Source: Planctomycetota bacterium
GTDB taxonomy: Bacteria > Planctomycetota > UBA11346
Direction of reading: 5' to 3'
Assembly (NCBI GenBank): GCA_038231435.1
Contig: JBBRLJ010000014.1
Coordinates: forward strand, 36,146-100,145
DNA: 64,000 nt
Both the position numbers and the translations under genes were made by a program. The notes beneath the pieces were generated by a model, which worked only from the letters and a program-made list of their open reading frames with translations, was not told the origin of the DNA and made no database searches. Shown one piece after another: positions 9,218-19,579 of this stretch (position 1 is its first letter; every line of letters begins with the position of its first letter).

Positions 9218-12061
9218 CTAGGAGCGCCGACGCAGCCACAGGGCGGATCCGAGCATCGACAGACCCATGATCAGCACGGCCAGTCCCGAACCCGTTCCAC
9301 AGCCCTTGCCGCCCAGGAACTGCGGCACGAGGTTCTGCGCGAAGCCGGCGCCATGGCTCTTCAGATAGGTGCGATCATCACCAGGCGCCGGACCACCGAT
9401 GCGCCACAGCGCATCGCCACGAGCATCACTAGCCGCGACCACGTACAGGGAGTTTTGATGGATCGCGTACCCTGAAGGGGCGGAGGAGCCGGGTCCGGAA
9501 TAGATGTCGACCGCGAGCTGGGTGCCGGCGGCGGTCCCGTCGGTCTTCCATATCTCGGTGCCGGTCTCCTGCGTGGTCGCATTGAAATAGAGGATCCCGT
9601 CCACGACCCCGAGCGGGAAGATATTGGCTGGACCGGGGCCGGGATAGATCTCGGTGAGCATGGAGGTGCCAGCGGCGGTGCCGTCGCTGAGCCACAATTC
9701 CTCCCCGTGGATTGCATCGGTCGCGAGGAACGCCACGCCGGGTCCGAAGGGGACGATCCTCTGGATGTTGGGCGAGCCCGAGCCTGGGATGATATCCTTC
9801 ACCATCGATGTTCCGGCCAAGGTCCCGTCGCTCGTCCAGAGCTCGGCGCCACGCGTGCCGTCATCCGCCGTGAAATACAGCCTGGAGCCTACCGCGGTGA
9901 GATGCTGTGGATTGGAGGACAGCACGAACGGCGCGATATCCTCGACCAGGACCGTTCCGACATCGGTGCCATCGCTCTTGTAGAGTTCGCTGCCGATCGA
10001 ACCGTCGTCGACGGACAGGAAGAGCGTGTTCCCGACCACGGCGGTCTCGCCGATCACGCTGGAGGCGCCCCCACCGGTGAATTGGTGCACCATGACGGTG
10101 CCGGCCGAAGTCCCGTCGCTCATCCACAGCTCGGTCCCGTTCACGCCGTCATCCGCCGTGAAATAGAGCTTTCCGGCGAAAGCCGTGAGCAGGCTGGGAT
10201 TCGAGGAAGCTGCGCCGGAATTGATATCCTTCACCAGCGAGGTGCCGGTCGCGTCGTGGCGGTACAATTCGATGCCGCTCCCAGGCACGAAGGCGGTGAA
10301 GAACAGCGTCGAACCGACCACGGTCAGGTTGTCGGGGAATGACGAAGGCGTGCCGGGGCGCAGGTCCACCACCAACGCCGCGCTGTTGCCGTCGGTCGAC
10401 CACAGCTCGCGGCCATGGATCGGATCCGCGGCGACGAAGCAGACCTCTGATCCGACCTGGCTGAATTGCGTCGGATTGCTGCCGGAAACGCCAGGAGACA
10501 CGTCGGCGATCATGCGCGAGGTACGCGGCGATCCCCCGCTGATCCACGGCTCTGGACCGTGCACGCCATCGTCGGCGGAATACAGCAGGCCGAGGCTGGT
10601 CGAGGCGAGGTTGCTGATCATCGAGCTGCGGGGAACGGGATCGATGTCGACCAGCCGCATGGTGCCTGCCGTGGTTCCATCGGTGATCCAGGGCTCGCTC
10701 CCGTGCGTGTCGTAGCCGCGGAAGACTACCGTCTGCGACGTGAGCTGCGTGAATTTCGAGGTCGAGCTGTCGACGCCATCGCCACTGCCAGGCACGAGAT
10801 CGGTGATGCGCGCGGTGGAGGTGATACTGGTGGCTCCGTAGAGCTCGCGTCCGTGAATGCCGTCGTCGGCCGAGAAGATCAGCGGATTGGTTCCACCCAT
10901 CCACACCGGGAATGAGGATCCGGAGAGATTGATGTCCGCAAGCAATGCGATGGTGGGGCCGGCGCCGACGAACGGCTCGATTCCGTGTACGCCATCATCA
11001 GCGGCGAAGCCGATGGCTCCACCTCCCGCAAGACTGGTGAATCCCGACGGATTCGACGAGGCTACACCGGTCCGGAGATCGCTGTACAAGAGCGTGCCCG
11101 CGCTGGTCAGGTTGCTCACCCACAGCTCGCGGCCCGCGACACTGTCATCGGCGGAGAACACCAGCGAGCTGCCGAAGGAGAGCAGGCTCATGGGCGTGGC
11201 ATCCGCTGGTCCTGGGTTGATATCCTTGACCAGGACCGTCCCGCCCGAGGTGCCGTCGCTGGTCCACAGCTCGCGCCCCGTCCCGGTGCCGGTGGCGACG
11301 AACGCCAAGACGCCACTCTGGGAAGTCAGATCGCTCGGATCGCTCGAGCCGATGCCGGCCACGATGTCCTTCACCATGACGGTGCCCGCCAGGGTGCCGT
11401 CGCTCTTCCACAGCTCGAAGCCCTCGCTGGGAGTGAAGGCGCGGAAGAACAGGGTGCTTCCAACGATGCACGGCCATTGGATCTGGCTATCCGACGACCC
11501 CGGATCGATGTCCTTGACCATCACGGTGCCGGCGGCGGTGCCGTCGCTCTTCCACAGTTCGAACCCAGCCGCCGAGGTCTCGGCGACCAGGAACATGATC
11601 GAACCGGTGCCGCCGACCACGATTGGGCTCTGCTTGTCCATGTCCGAGAAGTATGGAAATGTCTTCACCAGGGCGGTGCCCGCCGCGGTGCCATCGCTGC
11701 GGTACAGGCCGGACACCCCGCTCACCGAGGCCGCGAAATACAACGTGCCGCCCAGCTGATGCAGGTAGCGCGGGAACGAACCGATGCTTCCGGGCTCGAG
11801 ATCGACGACCATCGTCGTGCCGGCCGGGGTCCCGTCGGTGCGCCACAGCTCGGTCCCATGCGCGGGGTCCTCGGCGGTGAAGTAGGCGACCCCGCTGCCG
11901 GCATAGGTGAATTGATCGGGCGACGAGCCCTCGCTGGTATCGGCGAGATCGTTCGGATCTGAGACCAGGTATGCGGTCTCCGCCTGCAGGACGGAGCTGG
12001 TCGCGATGACGGCCAAGATCGCCAGCACGCCACGCAATCCGCCAAAACGATTCGCATCCAT
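9218..12061 (-). CDS. Secreted ELWxxDGT-repeat beta-propeller surface protein with C-terminal membrane anchor
   Basis: Signal peptide; more than 15 repeats of G.ELW.SDGT.AGT.LV.DI; tail GCGTGSG + hydrophobic helix + RRRS; GGAGG RBS. Confidence 0.93.
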   Translation of the reverse strand: MDANRFGGLRGVLAILAVIATSSVLQAETAYLVSDPNDLADTSEGSSPDQFTYAGSGVAYFTAEDPAHGTELWRTDGTPAGTTMVVDLEPGSIGSFPRYLHQLGGTLYFAASVSGVSGLYRSDGTAAGTALVKTFPYFSDMDKQSPIVVGGTGSIMFLVAETSAAGFELWKSDGTAAGTVMVKDIDPGSSDSQIQWPCIVGSTLFFRAFTPSEGFELWKSDGTLAGTVMVKDIVAGIGSSDPSDLTSQSGVLAFVATGTGTGRELWTSDGTSGGTVLVKDINPGPADATPMSLLSFGSSLVFSADDSVAGRELWVSNLTSAGTLLYSDLRTGVASSNPSGFTSLAGGGAIGFAADDGVHGIEPFVGAGPTIALLADINLSGSSFPVWMGGTNPLIFSADDGIHGRELYGATSITSTARITDLVPGSGDGVDSSTSKFTQLTSQTVVFRGYDTHGSEPWITDGTTAGTMRLVDIDPVPRSSMISNLASTSLGLLYSADDGVHGPEPWISGGSPRTSRMIADVSPGVSGSNPTQFSQVGSEVCFVAADPIHGRELWSTDGNSAALVVDLRPGTPSSFPDNLTVVGSTLFFTAFVPGSGIELYRHDATGTSLVKDINSGAASSNPSLLTAFAGKLYFTADDGVNGTELWMSDGTSAGTVMVHQFTGGGASSVIGETAVVGNTLFLSVDDGSIGSELYKSDGTDVGTVLVEDIAPFVLSSNPQHLTAVGSRLYFTADDGTRGAELWTSDGTLAGTSMVKDIIPGSGSPNIQRIVPFGPGVAFLATDAIHGEELWLSDGTAAGTSMLTEIYPGPGPANIFPLGVVDGILYFNATTQETGTEIWKTDGTAAGTQLAVDIYSGPGSSAPSGYAIHQNSLYVVAASDARGDALWRIGGPAPGDDRTYLKSHGAGFAQNLVPQFLGGKGCGTGSGLAVLIMGLSMLGSALWLRRRS

Positions 12062-12076
12062 GGGAACCTCCGAGCA

Positions 12077-12093
12077 AGGCACAATTGGTGCAT
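12077..12093 (+). promoter_or_regulatory. Possible sigma-54 (-24/-12) promoter
   Basis: AGGCACAATTGGTGCAT fits GG-N10-GC spacing in an AT-richer divergent intergenic region, but lies about 300 bp upstream of the next + strand gene. Confidence 0.25.
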
Positions 12094-12395
12094 GAGAGCA
12101 GGATGCAACGCTTTAGTTCGGCAACCTTTGCAACAATCGTAGCATATTTGCTCCACTAGCCGTCGTTCACTCGGCAACTCGGAGCGGGGACCTGGCCAAA
12201 CAGATCCGCGAGTGTTTTCCGATGCAAGATCCGTGAGTGCTGCTTCGAGACTAAATTCGAAACAAAAGAAGTTGAGCTGGAAGGAAGGCGTATCGCACAG
12301 ATTCATCCTGGTTGACACATGCACCAAGCACGCGATTCGACGTCCGCTCCTGCCTGCCAATGACGGGTACTGTGGCGACTTGGAGCACCCCTCAG

Positions 12396-14213
12396 ATGCC
12401 ACGAGCCCACCTCTCCATCAACATCCTGTGCTCCTCCATCCTGCTGGCGTCCGCCTCGATATGCATGACGGCGATGGCCGCGGTCCCAGCGGACTACGCC
12501 GTCGGGGTAACCGTGACCACGGTGAGCGCTCCGCCGTCGATCACCCTGGCCTGGCCAGCCTTCGCGGGCGCCACCGGGTATTCGCTCTACCGTCGCGAGT
12601 ACAACGCCACGTCGACGTGGGGATCCTCGATCGCGACCCTCGCGGCCGGAGCGACCTCGTTCACCGACGCCTCCGTGGTCGTGGGCCACCGCTACGAGTA
12701 CCAGGTCAGCCGCGCCGGCACGCCCTACGGCTACGGCTATCAGCTCGCCGGCATCGACATGCCAGCGGTCGATGATCGCGGCACGGTGGTGCTGGTCGTC
12801 GACGACTCCATGTCCGCGCCGCTCGCGAGCGAACTGCAACGACTCCACGACGACCTGGTCGGAGATGGCTGGACGGTGGTGCGCTTCGACGTGTCGCGGA
12901 GCGCCCCGGTCACATCGGTCAAAGCCCTGATACGGCCCGAGTGCCTCGCGGATCCGCTGCGCACCCAGGTCTTCCTCTTCGGGCACGTGCCCGTCCCGTA
13001 TTCGGGGTTGATCAATCCCGACGGACATCCCGATCACTACGGCGCCTGGCCAGCCGACGGTTATTACGCCGATCTCGACGGGGCCTATACCGATACCAGC
13101 GCCGACAACACGAGCTCGAACCCGTCGCCCGCCAGACCGGAAAACCGGAACATCCCTGGCGATGGCAAGTTCGACCAGTCTGCCCTCACCGGCACTTCGT
13201 TCGTCGGTCTCGGCCGCGTCGACCTGTCCAACATGCCGTCATTCGGCCTGAGCGAGACCGAGCTCCTGCGCCGCTACCTGGGCAAGGATCATGCCTTCAG
13301 GACCAAGGCAGTGACGGCCCAAGCTCGCGGCCTGATCGACGACAATTTCGGCGATTTCGGCGGCGAGGCGTTTGCCCAGAGCGGCTGGCGCAACTTCGGA
13401 GAGCTGGTTGGACCTGCGAACGTCGCCTCCCTGGATTGGTTCACCACGCTCCCGACCAACGATTACCTGCTCGCCTATGGCTGCGGCGGCGGCTGGTTCC
13501 AGGGTGCCGGAGGAGTGGGCCAGACCAGCGATTTCGCGGGCACCTCCTCGAAGGCTGTGTTCACCATGCTCTTCGGCAGCTACTTCGGCGATTGGGATGT
13601 CAGCGACAATTTCCTGCGCGCGCCGCTTGCGGGCGCAGGCATGGGCCTCACCTGCTTCTGGGCAGGCCGACCCAATTGGATCATGCACCCGATGGGGCTC
13701 GGCGAGCCCATCGGCAGTTCGGCGCGACTGCAGATGGTCTCCCCGTACGGATATCCGCCGAGCGGCTACGGAGCGGGCCAGGTGCATGTGGCGCTCATGG
13801 GGGATCCCACCCTCCGCCTGCATGTGGCGCAGCCACCCAGCGTGGTGAGCTCCTCAGTCGACGGCGCCGTGGTGCATCTCAGCTGGACCACGTCTTCCGA
13901 TGCCACGCTCGGCTACCTGGTCTTCCGCTCGCCAGCCGCGAACGGACCCTTCGTCCGCGTCACCGCTACGCCGGTGTCGGGGACCAGCTTCGATGACACA
14001 CCTGGCACCGGCGCCTGGTACTACCTGATCAAGGCGGTCCATCGCGAAGTCTCGACAAGCGGCAGCTACATCGACACCAGCGTCGGTTCCGCGGCCTCTG
14101 TCACCGTGGTTCCAGCCGACGGTGGTTCGCAACAGACCAAGTGCGGAGTCGGCTCGATCGGATTCGTGCTCGCTTATCTGGGGCTGCGCGTCCTGCGTCG
14201 CCGCCGCGGCTGA
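12396..14213 (+). CDS. Secreted FN3 + gingipain (C25)-like domain protein with C-terminal anchor
   Basis: Signal peptide; FN3-like ITLAWP..GATGYSLYR and VHLSW..GYLVFRS; central FLFGHVPVP, ADGYYADLDG, LGRV, LMGDPTLRL; tail KCGVGS + TM + RRRRG. Start uncertain. Confidence 0.8.
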   Translation: MPRAHLSINILCSSILLASASICMTAMAAVPADYAVGVTVTTVSAPPSITLAWPAFAGATGYSLYRREYNATSTWGSSIATLAAGATSFTDASVVVGHRYEYQVSRAGTPYGYGYQLAGIDMPAVDDRGTVVLVVDDSMSAPLASELQRLHDDLVGDGWTVVRFDVSRSAPVTSVKALIRPECLADPLRTQVFLFGHVPVPYSGLINPDGHPDHYGAWPADGYYADLDGAYTDTSADNTSSNPSPARPENRNIPGDGKFDQSALTGTSFVGLGRVDLSNMPSFGLSETELLRRYLGKDHAFRTKAVTAQARGLIDDNFGDFGGEAFAQSGWRNFGELVGPANVASLDWFTTLPTNDYLLAYGCGGGWFQGAGGVGQTSDFAGTSSKAVFTMLFGSYFGDWDVSDNFLRAPLAGAGMGLTCFWAGRPNWIMHPMGLGEPIGSSARLQMVSPYGYPPSGYGAGQVHVALMGDPTLRLHVAQPPSVVSSSVDGAVVHLSWTTSSDATLGYLVFRSPAANGPFVRVTATPVSGTSFDDTPGTGAWYYLIKAVHREVSTSGSYIDTSVGSAASVTVVPADGGSQQTKCGVGSIGFVLAYLGLRVLRRRRG

Positions 14214-14261
14214 GCCTCGATGGAGCGCCGAGGCTGGCGCCGGGGCACTCGACCCAACTGT

Positions 14262-15188
14262 TCAGCTCGATGCAACCCGCAGGTGGCGCTCGAGGAACGC
14301 CATCGCCGCCGAGCGCATCACTGGAAGCTCGAGATGTCCGACGGGGTGCCGATCCAGGCTCCAGCACTCCGGATGGCCGAGCTCGGCGTAGTAGCGTAGG
14401 AGATCGGCGTCGACGATGTCGAGGCCAGCGACCGGCGTGAGGTCGTCATGGATTCCCGCGAGCGCCAGATGCGGGCGCGGCGCGATCAGACGGTTGATAT
14501 CGGCCGTGCTGGCGTGCTTCAACAGGCCTGGCACATAATAGTACGGTCCATGGAGGGACTTGGTCGCGGCGAAAGTGTGGATATCGGTGAGGCAGCAGAT
14601 GTCGACGCACGCCGCGATGCGCGGGTCGAGAGCGGCCATCCACCACGCCATGGTGCTGCCCATCGACATGCCGAGCGTGGCTAGGCGTGCGCCGTCGACA
14701 TCGTCGCGGCCGAGCAGGTAGTCGACCGCGCGCAGGCTGTCGTGGCACATCATTCCCCACATGACCTGGCCGCGCCAGAGCATGTTCATGGCGATGTGCA
14801 TCTCGGAGTCGGTGTGCCGTTCGCCGAAACCCCAATGATCTATCGCGAGCGCCGCCATGCCTCGACGCGTGAACTCGGCAGCGTAGGGAAGCCGCTCCTG
14901 GTAGGGAGCCGACGCGATCAGTTCGTGCTTGCCGACATCGTAGAAGCCGCCGTGGCTGTGGTTGTAGAGCACGGTCGGCCATGGCCCCGAGCCGCCCAAC
15001 GGGCGCACGAACAGCGCCGGCACCAGCTCGATGCCGTTGAGATCGAGACGCAGGCGCTCGAGACGATATCCATCCTGGACGCTCGTCGATAGCACCTCGC
15101 AACGCGGAATGCCGCGCTCGGTGGGGCGATCGCCGAGCAGCGACCACAAGCGCGCGCGCTGCTCGACGTGGCTGACGGGTTCGATCAT
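14262..15188 (-). CDS. Alpha/beta hydrolase (dienelactone hydrolase / acetyl esterase-like)
   Basis: HSHGG, IDHWGFGER, nucleophile elbow GMSMG, LIAPRPHL, late GH. Confidence 0.9.
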   Translation of the reverse strand: MIEPVSHVEQRARLWSLLGDRPTERGIPRCEVLSTSVQDGYRLERLRLDLNGIELVPALFVRPLGGSGPWPTVLYNHSHGGFYDVGKHELIASAPYQERLPYAAEFTRRGMAALAIDHWGFGERHTDSEMHIAMNMLWRGQVMWGMMCHDSLRAVDYLLGRDDVDGARLATLGMSMGSTMAWWMAALDPRIAACVDICCLTDIHTFAATKSLHGPYYYVPGLLKHASTADINRLIAPRPHLALAGIHDDLTPVAGLDIVDADLLRYYAELGHPECWSLDRHPVGHLELPVMRSAAMAFLERHLRVASS

Positions 15189-15435
15189 CGTGATGACATC
15201 GCTCGCGGGCCGTATCCACGCCGCGAATGCACGACTCCGCCGGTTCGCGGCGGGTCGAGAGTTCCGATCTCGCGCCCACGGATCTGCAGCCCAGTGGCAA
15301 TCGCCGTCATCGCATGTTCCCCGCCCGATCCGGGCTCGAGTCGACCGTATGGGACGGACGTAGACGAACCAGCTCGGATCAGCCGGACGACACCTGGCAG
15401 CGGCTCGCGGCCCGGTTACGAATCACCAGGCACCG

Positions 15436-16122
15436 ATGTCGATCACGACCATCAAAAGCACCCTCGCACGCTGGTTCCCCCGCCCGTACCGCGCGTTGGC
15501 CGCGCTGCGCGCTCGCTTCATCACCAGGCGCAGCCGGTTCTCGCGCATGTATCACGAGAATGCTTGGAACGATTCCGAGTCGCGTTCCGGGCGTGGATCC
15601 CGCCTCGACGAGACGCGCTCCTTGCGCGCGGCCCTACCCGGACTGCTCGTTGAACTGCGGGTGCGATCGATGCTCGACGCGCCATGTGGTGATTTGAACT
15701 GGATGAGTCAGGTCGACCTCGGCGGCATCGAGTACATCGGGGCCGACATCGTCCCTGAACTGATAACCGACAATAGACTCCGCTTCGCGAGCCCGACTCG
15801 CGGCTTCCGCGTGCTCGACCTGGTCGCCTCGACCCTGCCACGCGTCGACCTGGTGTTGTGCCGGGACTGCCTCGTTCATCTGTCACATGCCGAGATCTCG
15901 CGAGTGCTGCGCAACATCATAGCGAGCGGGGCGCGATACCTGCTGACCACAACCTTCATCGAGGTGCGCACGAACGAGGACATCGCCACCGGCGGGTGGC
16001 GCCGCATCGATCTCCGGCTGCCCCCCTTCTCGTGGCCCGAGCCCAGACTCCTCATCGCGGAAGGCTCGAGCGAACAAGCCGACAAACGTCTCGGACTCTG
16101 GGATCTGGATAACCTGCGCTGA
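15436..16122 (+). CDS. Class I SAM-dependent methyltransferase
   Basis: SGRGS, MLDAPCGD, YIGADIV, DLVLCRDCLVHL. Confidence 0.85.
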   Translation: MSITTIKSTLARWFPRPYRALAALRARFITRRSRFSRMYHENAWNDSESRSGRGSRLDETRSLRAALPGLLVELRVRSMLDAPCGDLNWMSQVDLGGIEYIGADIVPELITDNRLRFASPTRGFRVLDLVASTLPRVDLVLCRDCLVHLSHAEISRVLRNIIASGARYLLTTTFIEVRTNEDIATGGWRRIDLRLPPFSWPEPRLLIAEGSSEQADKRLGLWDLDNLR

Positions 16123-16229
16123 CACCGCCCCTCTGTACGAGGCGAGACATCCGCACGGAACGTCTACCCATGACCCACGCACAGGCTCCTTGCCCATTCC
16201 CTACTCGCATCCCCCTCTATCCTGTCGCG

Positions 16230-17192
16230 ATGCATATCGTCACCGGCGGGGCCGGCTTCATCGGCAGCAACATCGTCAAGGGTCTCAACGCACGCGGAGT
16301 CACCGACATCCTGGTGGTCGATGATCTCACGCAGGGTGACAAGCACCGCAATCTCGATGGCCTGTCGTTCTCGGACGTCCTGGATTTCCGTGATTTCCGC
16401 ACCCGCTTGCCCGCTTTCGGCGGGGTCGAGGCGATCCTGCACCAGGGCGCCTGCTCCGATACCATGCAAGGCGATGGGCGCTACATGCTCGACGTCAATT
16501 ACGAGTACAGCAAGGAACTGCTCGCCTACGCCCTCGCCAAGCGCGTGCCGTTCCTCTACGCATCCTCGGCCAGCGTCTATGGCGACGGTACCGCCGGCTT
16601 CCGCGAGGATCCGGCCTGCGAGCGCCCGCTGAACGTCTACGCCTTCTCCAAGCTGCTCTTCGACCGCTGGGTGCGCAAGCACGCCTCGCGACCGTCCTCG
16701 CCGGTGATCGGGCTGCGCTACTTCAACGTCTTCGGACCGCGCGAATGGCACAAGGGGCGCATGGCCTCGGTGGTGTTCCATTTCCACAACCAGGTGGCGG
16801 CCGGTGGCGCGCTGAAATTGTTCGCGGGCAGCGAGGGCTTCCGCCGCGACTTCATCTTCGTCGACGACGTGGTCGACGTGAACCTGCACTTCCTGGCGAC
16901 TCCGCCCTTGCCGACGAAGAACGGCCGCGCGGACATCCTCAATTGCGGGACCGGCGCGGCGCGCTCCTTCCAGGATCTCGCCGCCATCGTCGCGCGCGAA
17001 CGCGCCGGCGCGCGCATCGAGTCGGTGCCGTTCCCGGCCGCCCTGCACGGCAAGTACCAGGCGTTCACCCAGGCGGATCTGGCGCGCCTGCGTGACGCCG
17101 GCTACACCAAGCCCTTCACCTCGCTTGAGGACGGCGTGAGCTCGTATCTGCGCGCGCTCGCCTTCGGCGGCCTGGGAGTCGCCGCGCCGTGA
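16230..17192 (+). CDS. hldD: ADP-L-glycero-D-manno-heptose 6-epimerase
   Basis: IVTGGAGFIGSNIV, HQGACSDT, YASSASVYG, PLNVYAFSK, LRYFNVFGPREWHKGRMASV, KYQAFTQAD. Confidence 0.95.
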   Translation: MHIVTGGAGFIGSNIVKGLNARGVTDILVVDDLTQGDKHRNLDGLSFSDVLDFRDFRTRLPAFGGVEAILHQGACSDTMQGDGRYMLDVNYEYSKELLAYALAKRVPFLYASSASVYGDGTAGFREDPACERPLNVYAFSKLLFDRWVRKHASRPSSPVIGLRYFNVFGPREWHKGRMASVVFHFHNQVAAGGALKLFAGSEGFRRDFIFVDDVVDVNLHFLATPPLPTKNGRADILNCGTGAARSFQDLAAIVARERAGARIESVPFPAALHGKYQAFTQADLARLRDAGYTKPFTSLEDGVSSYLRALAFGGLGVAAP

Positions 17193-17247
17193 GCCGCCGC
17201 ATCAGCAGCCTTCTCCACGACCGGCGTGGGCCCGGATCGGCGCCCGC

Positions 17248-17790
17248 ATGACCCAGGTCATCATCCTCGATCGCGACGGCACCATCAACGTCGATCGCCC
17301 CGACTATGTGAAGGAGCTCTCCGAGCTGGTGATCATCCCGGGCGCCGGCGAAGCCATCGCGCGCCTCTGCCGCGTTGGCTACAGCGTGCTGGTGTGCACC
17401 AACCAGTCCTGCGTCGGCAAGGGCCTGATCACCAGCGAACGCCTCGCCGAGATCAACAACGAGCTCGAGCGCCGGCTCGCCGCGGTCGGCGCGCGCATCG
17501 CGCGCTTCTACGTCTGCCCCCATGTCGACTCTGACCTGTGCACCTGCCGCAAACCGCTCCCCGGGCTCGCCGAAACCGCGCGCCGCGATTGGGGTTTCGA
17601 TCCTGCCATCACCTGGGCGATCGGCGATGCCACGCGCGACGCGCGGATGGCGCGCGGCGCCGGCTGCAAACCGGCCTTGGTGTTGACCGGGAAGGGCGAG
17701 ACATCCCGCCTCGAGATCCCGGAGGTCCCGGCCTTCAAGGATCTGGGAGCGTTCGTGGACATGGTGGTGGCTCAACCCGGGATCGGCTGA
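17248..17790 (+). CDS. gmhB: D-glycero-D-manno-heptose 1,7-bisphosphate phosphatase
   Basis: LDRDGTIN, TNQS, CPH...CTCRKP, IGD...D; lies between hldD and hldE. Confidence 0.92.
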   Translation: MTQVIILDRDGTINVDRPDYVKELSELVIIPGAGEAIARLCRVGYSVLVCTNQSCVGKGLITSERLAEINNELERRLAAVGARIARFYVCPHVDSDLCTCRKPLPGLAETARRDWGFDPAITWAIGDATRDARMARGAGCKPALVLTGKGETSRLEIPEVPAFKDLGAFVDMVVAQPGIG

Positions 17791-17944
17791 GTGTTAACGG
17801 GCGTGCGGCGTACGACGTGCGGTGTGCGGCGATGGATACCCGGGTGAATGTGCGTCTTTTCTCGAGTACATCCCTCACCGTCCCGCCTCGCGCCACCCGC
17901 ACGTCTCATCTTTCCCTACCCGCTCAGAGAGGCATACTGTCGCC

Positions 17945-19414
17945 ATGTTCGCCGCACCCGATCTGATCCTGCGGCTGCTCGACTCGCGCTTCGAGCGGCG
18001 GACCTGCCTGGTGATCGGCGACGTGATGCTCGACCGCTACCTGTGGGGCGAGGTCAGCCGCATCTCACCCGAGGCCCCGGTGCCGGTGCTGCGGGTGAAA
18101 CGGCATAGCGTGAACCTGGGCGGCGCGGGCAACGTCGCGCGCAACCTCGCCGAGCTTGGGCTGTTCGCCACCCTCATCGGCGTGGTCGGCGACGATGTCG
18201 AGGCATCGCTGCTGCGCCAGACCTGCGCTGGCGGCGGCATGGATCTGTCATCGCTGCATGTCATATCCGGTCGCCCGACCATCACCAAGACGCGCATCGT
18301 CGGCGCGCACCAGCAGATGCTGCGCCTGGATGTCGAGGATACCTCGCCCCTGCCCGGCTCGGCCGAGGAGGCGATCATCGTGGCGGCCGAGGCGCGCATC
18401 GCCGGCGGCGCGGCAGCGGTGTTCCTCTCGGATTACGGCAAGGGCGTGGTCAGCGAGCGCGTCGCGCGCGCGGTGATCATGGCCGCCCAGGCGCGCCACG
18501 TGCCGGTGCTGGTGGACCCCAAGGGGGTCGACTACGCGAAGTACGCCGGCGCCACCACCGTGACCCCCAACCTGAGCGAGCTCGCCGCCGCCACCGCGGT
18601 CGATCGCGAGGATCTCGACAAGCTGATCGCCGCCGGCGGGGAGATGCGCAAGCGGCTCGGGCTCGATTTCCTCACCTTCACCCGCGGCGAGCACGGCATC
18701 ACCGTGATCGAGGCTGACCACGTCACCCACATCCCGGCGCAGGCGCAGGACGTGTTCGACGTCTCAGGCGCCGGCGACAGTTGCATCGCGGTCCTAGGTG
18801 CCTGCCTGGCGTGCGGCGTGCATCCGGTCGACGCCACGCGCCTGGCGAATCTCGCCGGCGGCATCGTCGTCGGCAAGGTCGGCACCGTGCCGGTCACCCT
18901 GGCCGAGCTGCGCGACCGCACCATGGCCGCGCCCGAGATCGGCTATGCCGGCAAGGTGCGGACGCGCGAGCAGGCCGCGATCGCCTGCGAGGCCTGGCGC
19001 CGACGCGGCCAGAAGGTCGTGTTCACCAATGGCTGCTTCGACATCCTGCACGCCGGCCACGTGCACATGCTCGAGGAGGCCCGCCGTGCCGGCGATCGCC
19101 TGGTGGTGGGCCTGAACGCCGACGATTCGGTGCGCCGGCTCAAAGGCGAGAATCGTCCGGTGAACAATCAGGCAGACCGCGCGAGTCTGCTCGCCGCGCT
19201 GGCCTCGGTGGATGCGGTGGTGGTGTTCGGCGAGGATACGCCGCTCGAGTTGATCAAGACGCTCAAGCCCGATGCCCTGGTGAAGGGCGCTGACTACAGC
19301 GAAGACCAGATCGTCGGGGCCGCCGAGGTCCGGTCGTGGGGCGGCACGATCGTGCGGGCGCAGCTGCTCGAGGGACGGTCGACGACGGGGACGATCGGGA
19401 AGATGAAGGGATAG
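17945..19414 (+). CDS. hldE: Bifunctional heptose 7-phosphate kinase / heptose 1-phosphate adenylyltransferase
   Basis: GDVMLDRYLWG..RISPEAPVPV, DVSGAGD, FTNGCFDILHAGH, KGADY, STT. Confidence 0.96.
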   Translation: MFAAPDLILRLLDSRFERRTCLVIGDVMLDRYLWGEVSRISPEAPVPVLRVKRHSVNLGGAGNVARNLAELGLFATLIGVVGDDVEASLLRQTCAGGGMDLSSLHVISGRPTITKTRIVGAHQQMLRLDVEDTSPLPGSAEEAIIVAAEARIAGGAAAVFLSDYGKGVVSERVARAVIMAAQARHVPVLVDPKGVDYAKYAGATTVTPNLSELAAATAVDREDLDKLIAAGGEMRKRLGLDFLTFTRGEHGITVIEADHVTHIPAQAQDVFDVSGAGDSCIAVLGACLACGVHPVDATRLANLAGGIVVGKVGTVPVTLAELRDRTMAAPEIGYAGKVRTREQAAIACEAWRRRGQKVVFTNGCFDILHAGHVHMLEEARRAGDRLVVGLNADDSVRRLKGENRPVNNQADRASLLAALASVDAVVVFGEDTPLELIKTLKPDALVKGADYSEDQIVGAAEVRSWGGTIVRAQLLEGRSTTGTIGKMKG

Positions 19415-19427
19415 GATGAAGGGATAG
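19402..19427 (+). repeat. 13-bp direct repeat GATGAAGGGATAG x2 duplicating the hldE stop
   Basis: Read directly from the sequence. Confidence 0.7.
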
Positions 19428-19579
19428 GGCGCGACGTGGCCTTCCCGTCGTGAGGCTGGCGCGCGCGTCACGGACATCCGGCGGATGCGGCGCAAGAGCC
19501 GAGACGCGCGCACTGGCGAAAGCCTTAGAAGCACCCCGGGCCTGGACGCCATCCATCCACCGCGACAATCCGCCTCATT

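Noticed and set aside
9400-11900. Regularly spaced DNA repeats suggesting a CRISPR array
   Set aside because: They are degenerate, in-frame ELWxxDGT protein repeats; no identical repeats with spacers and no cas genes
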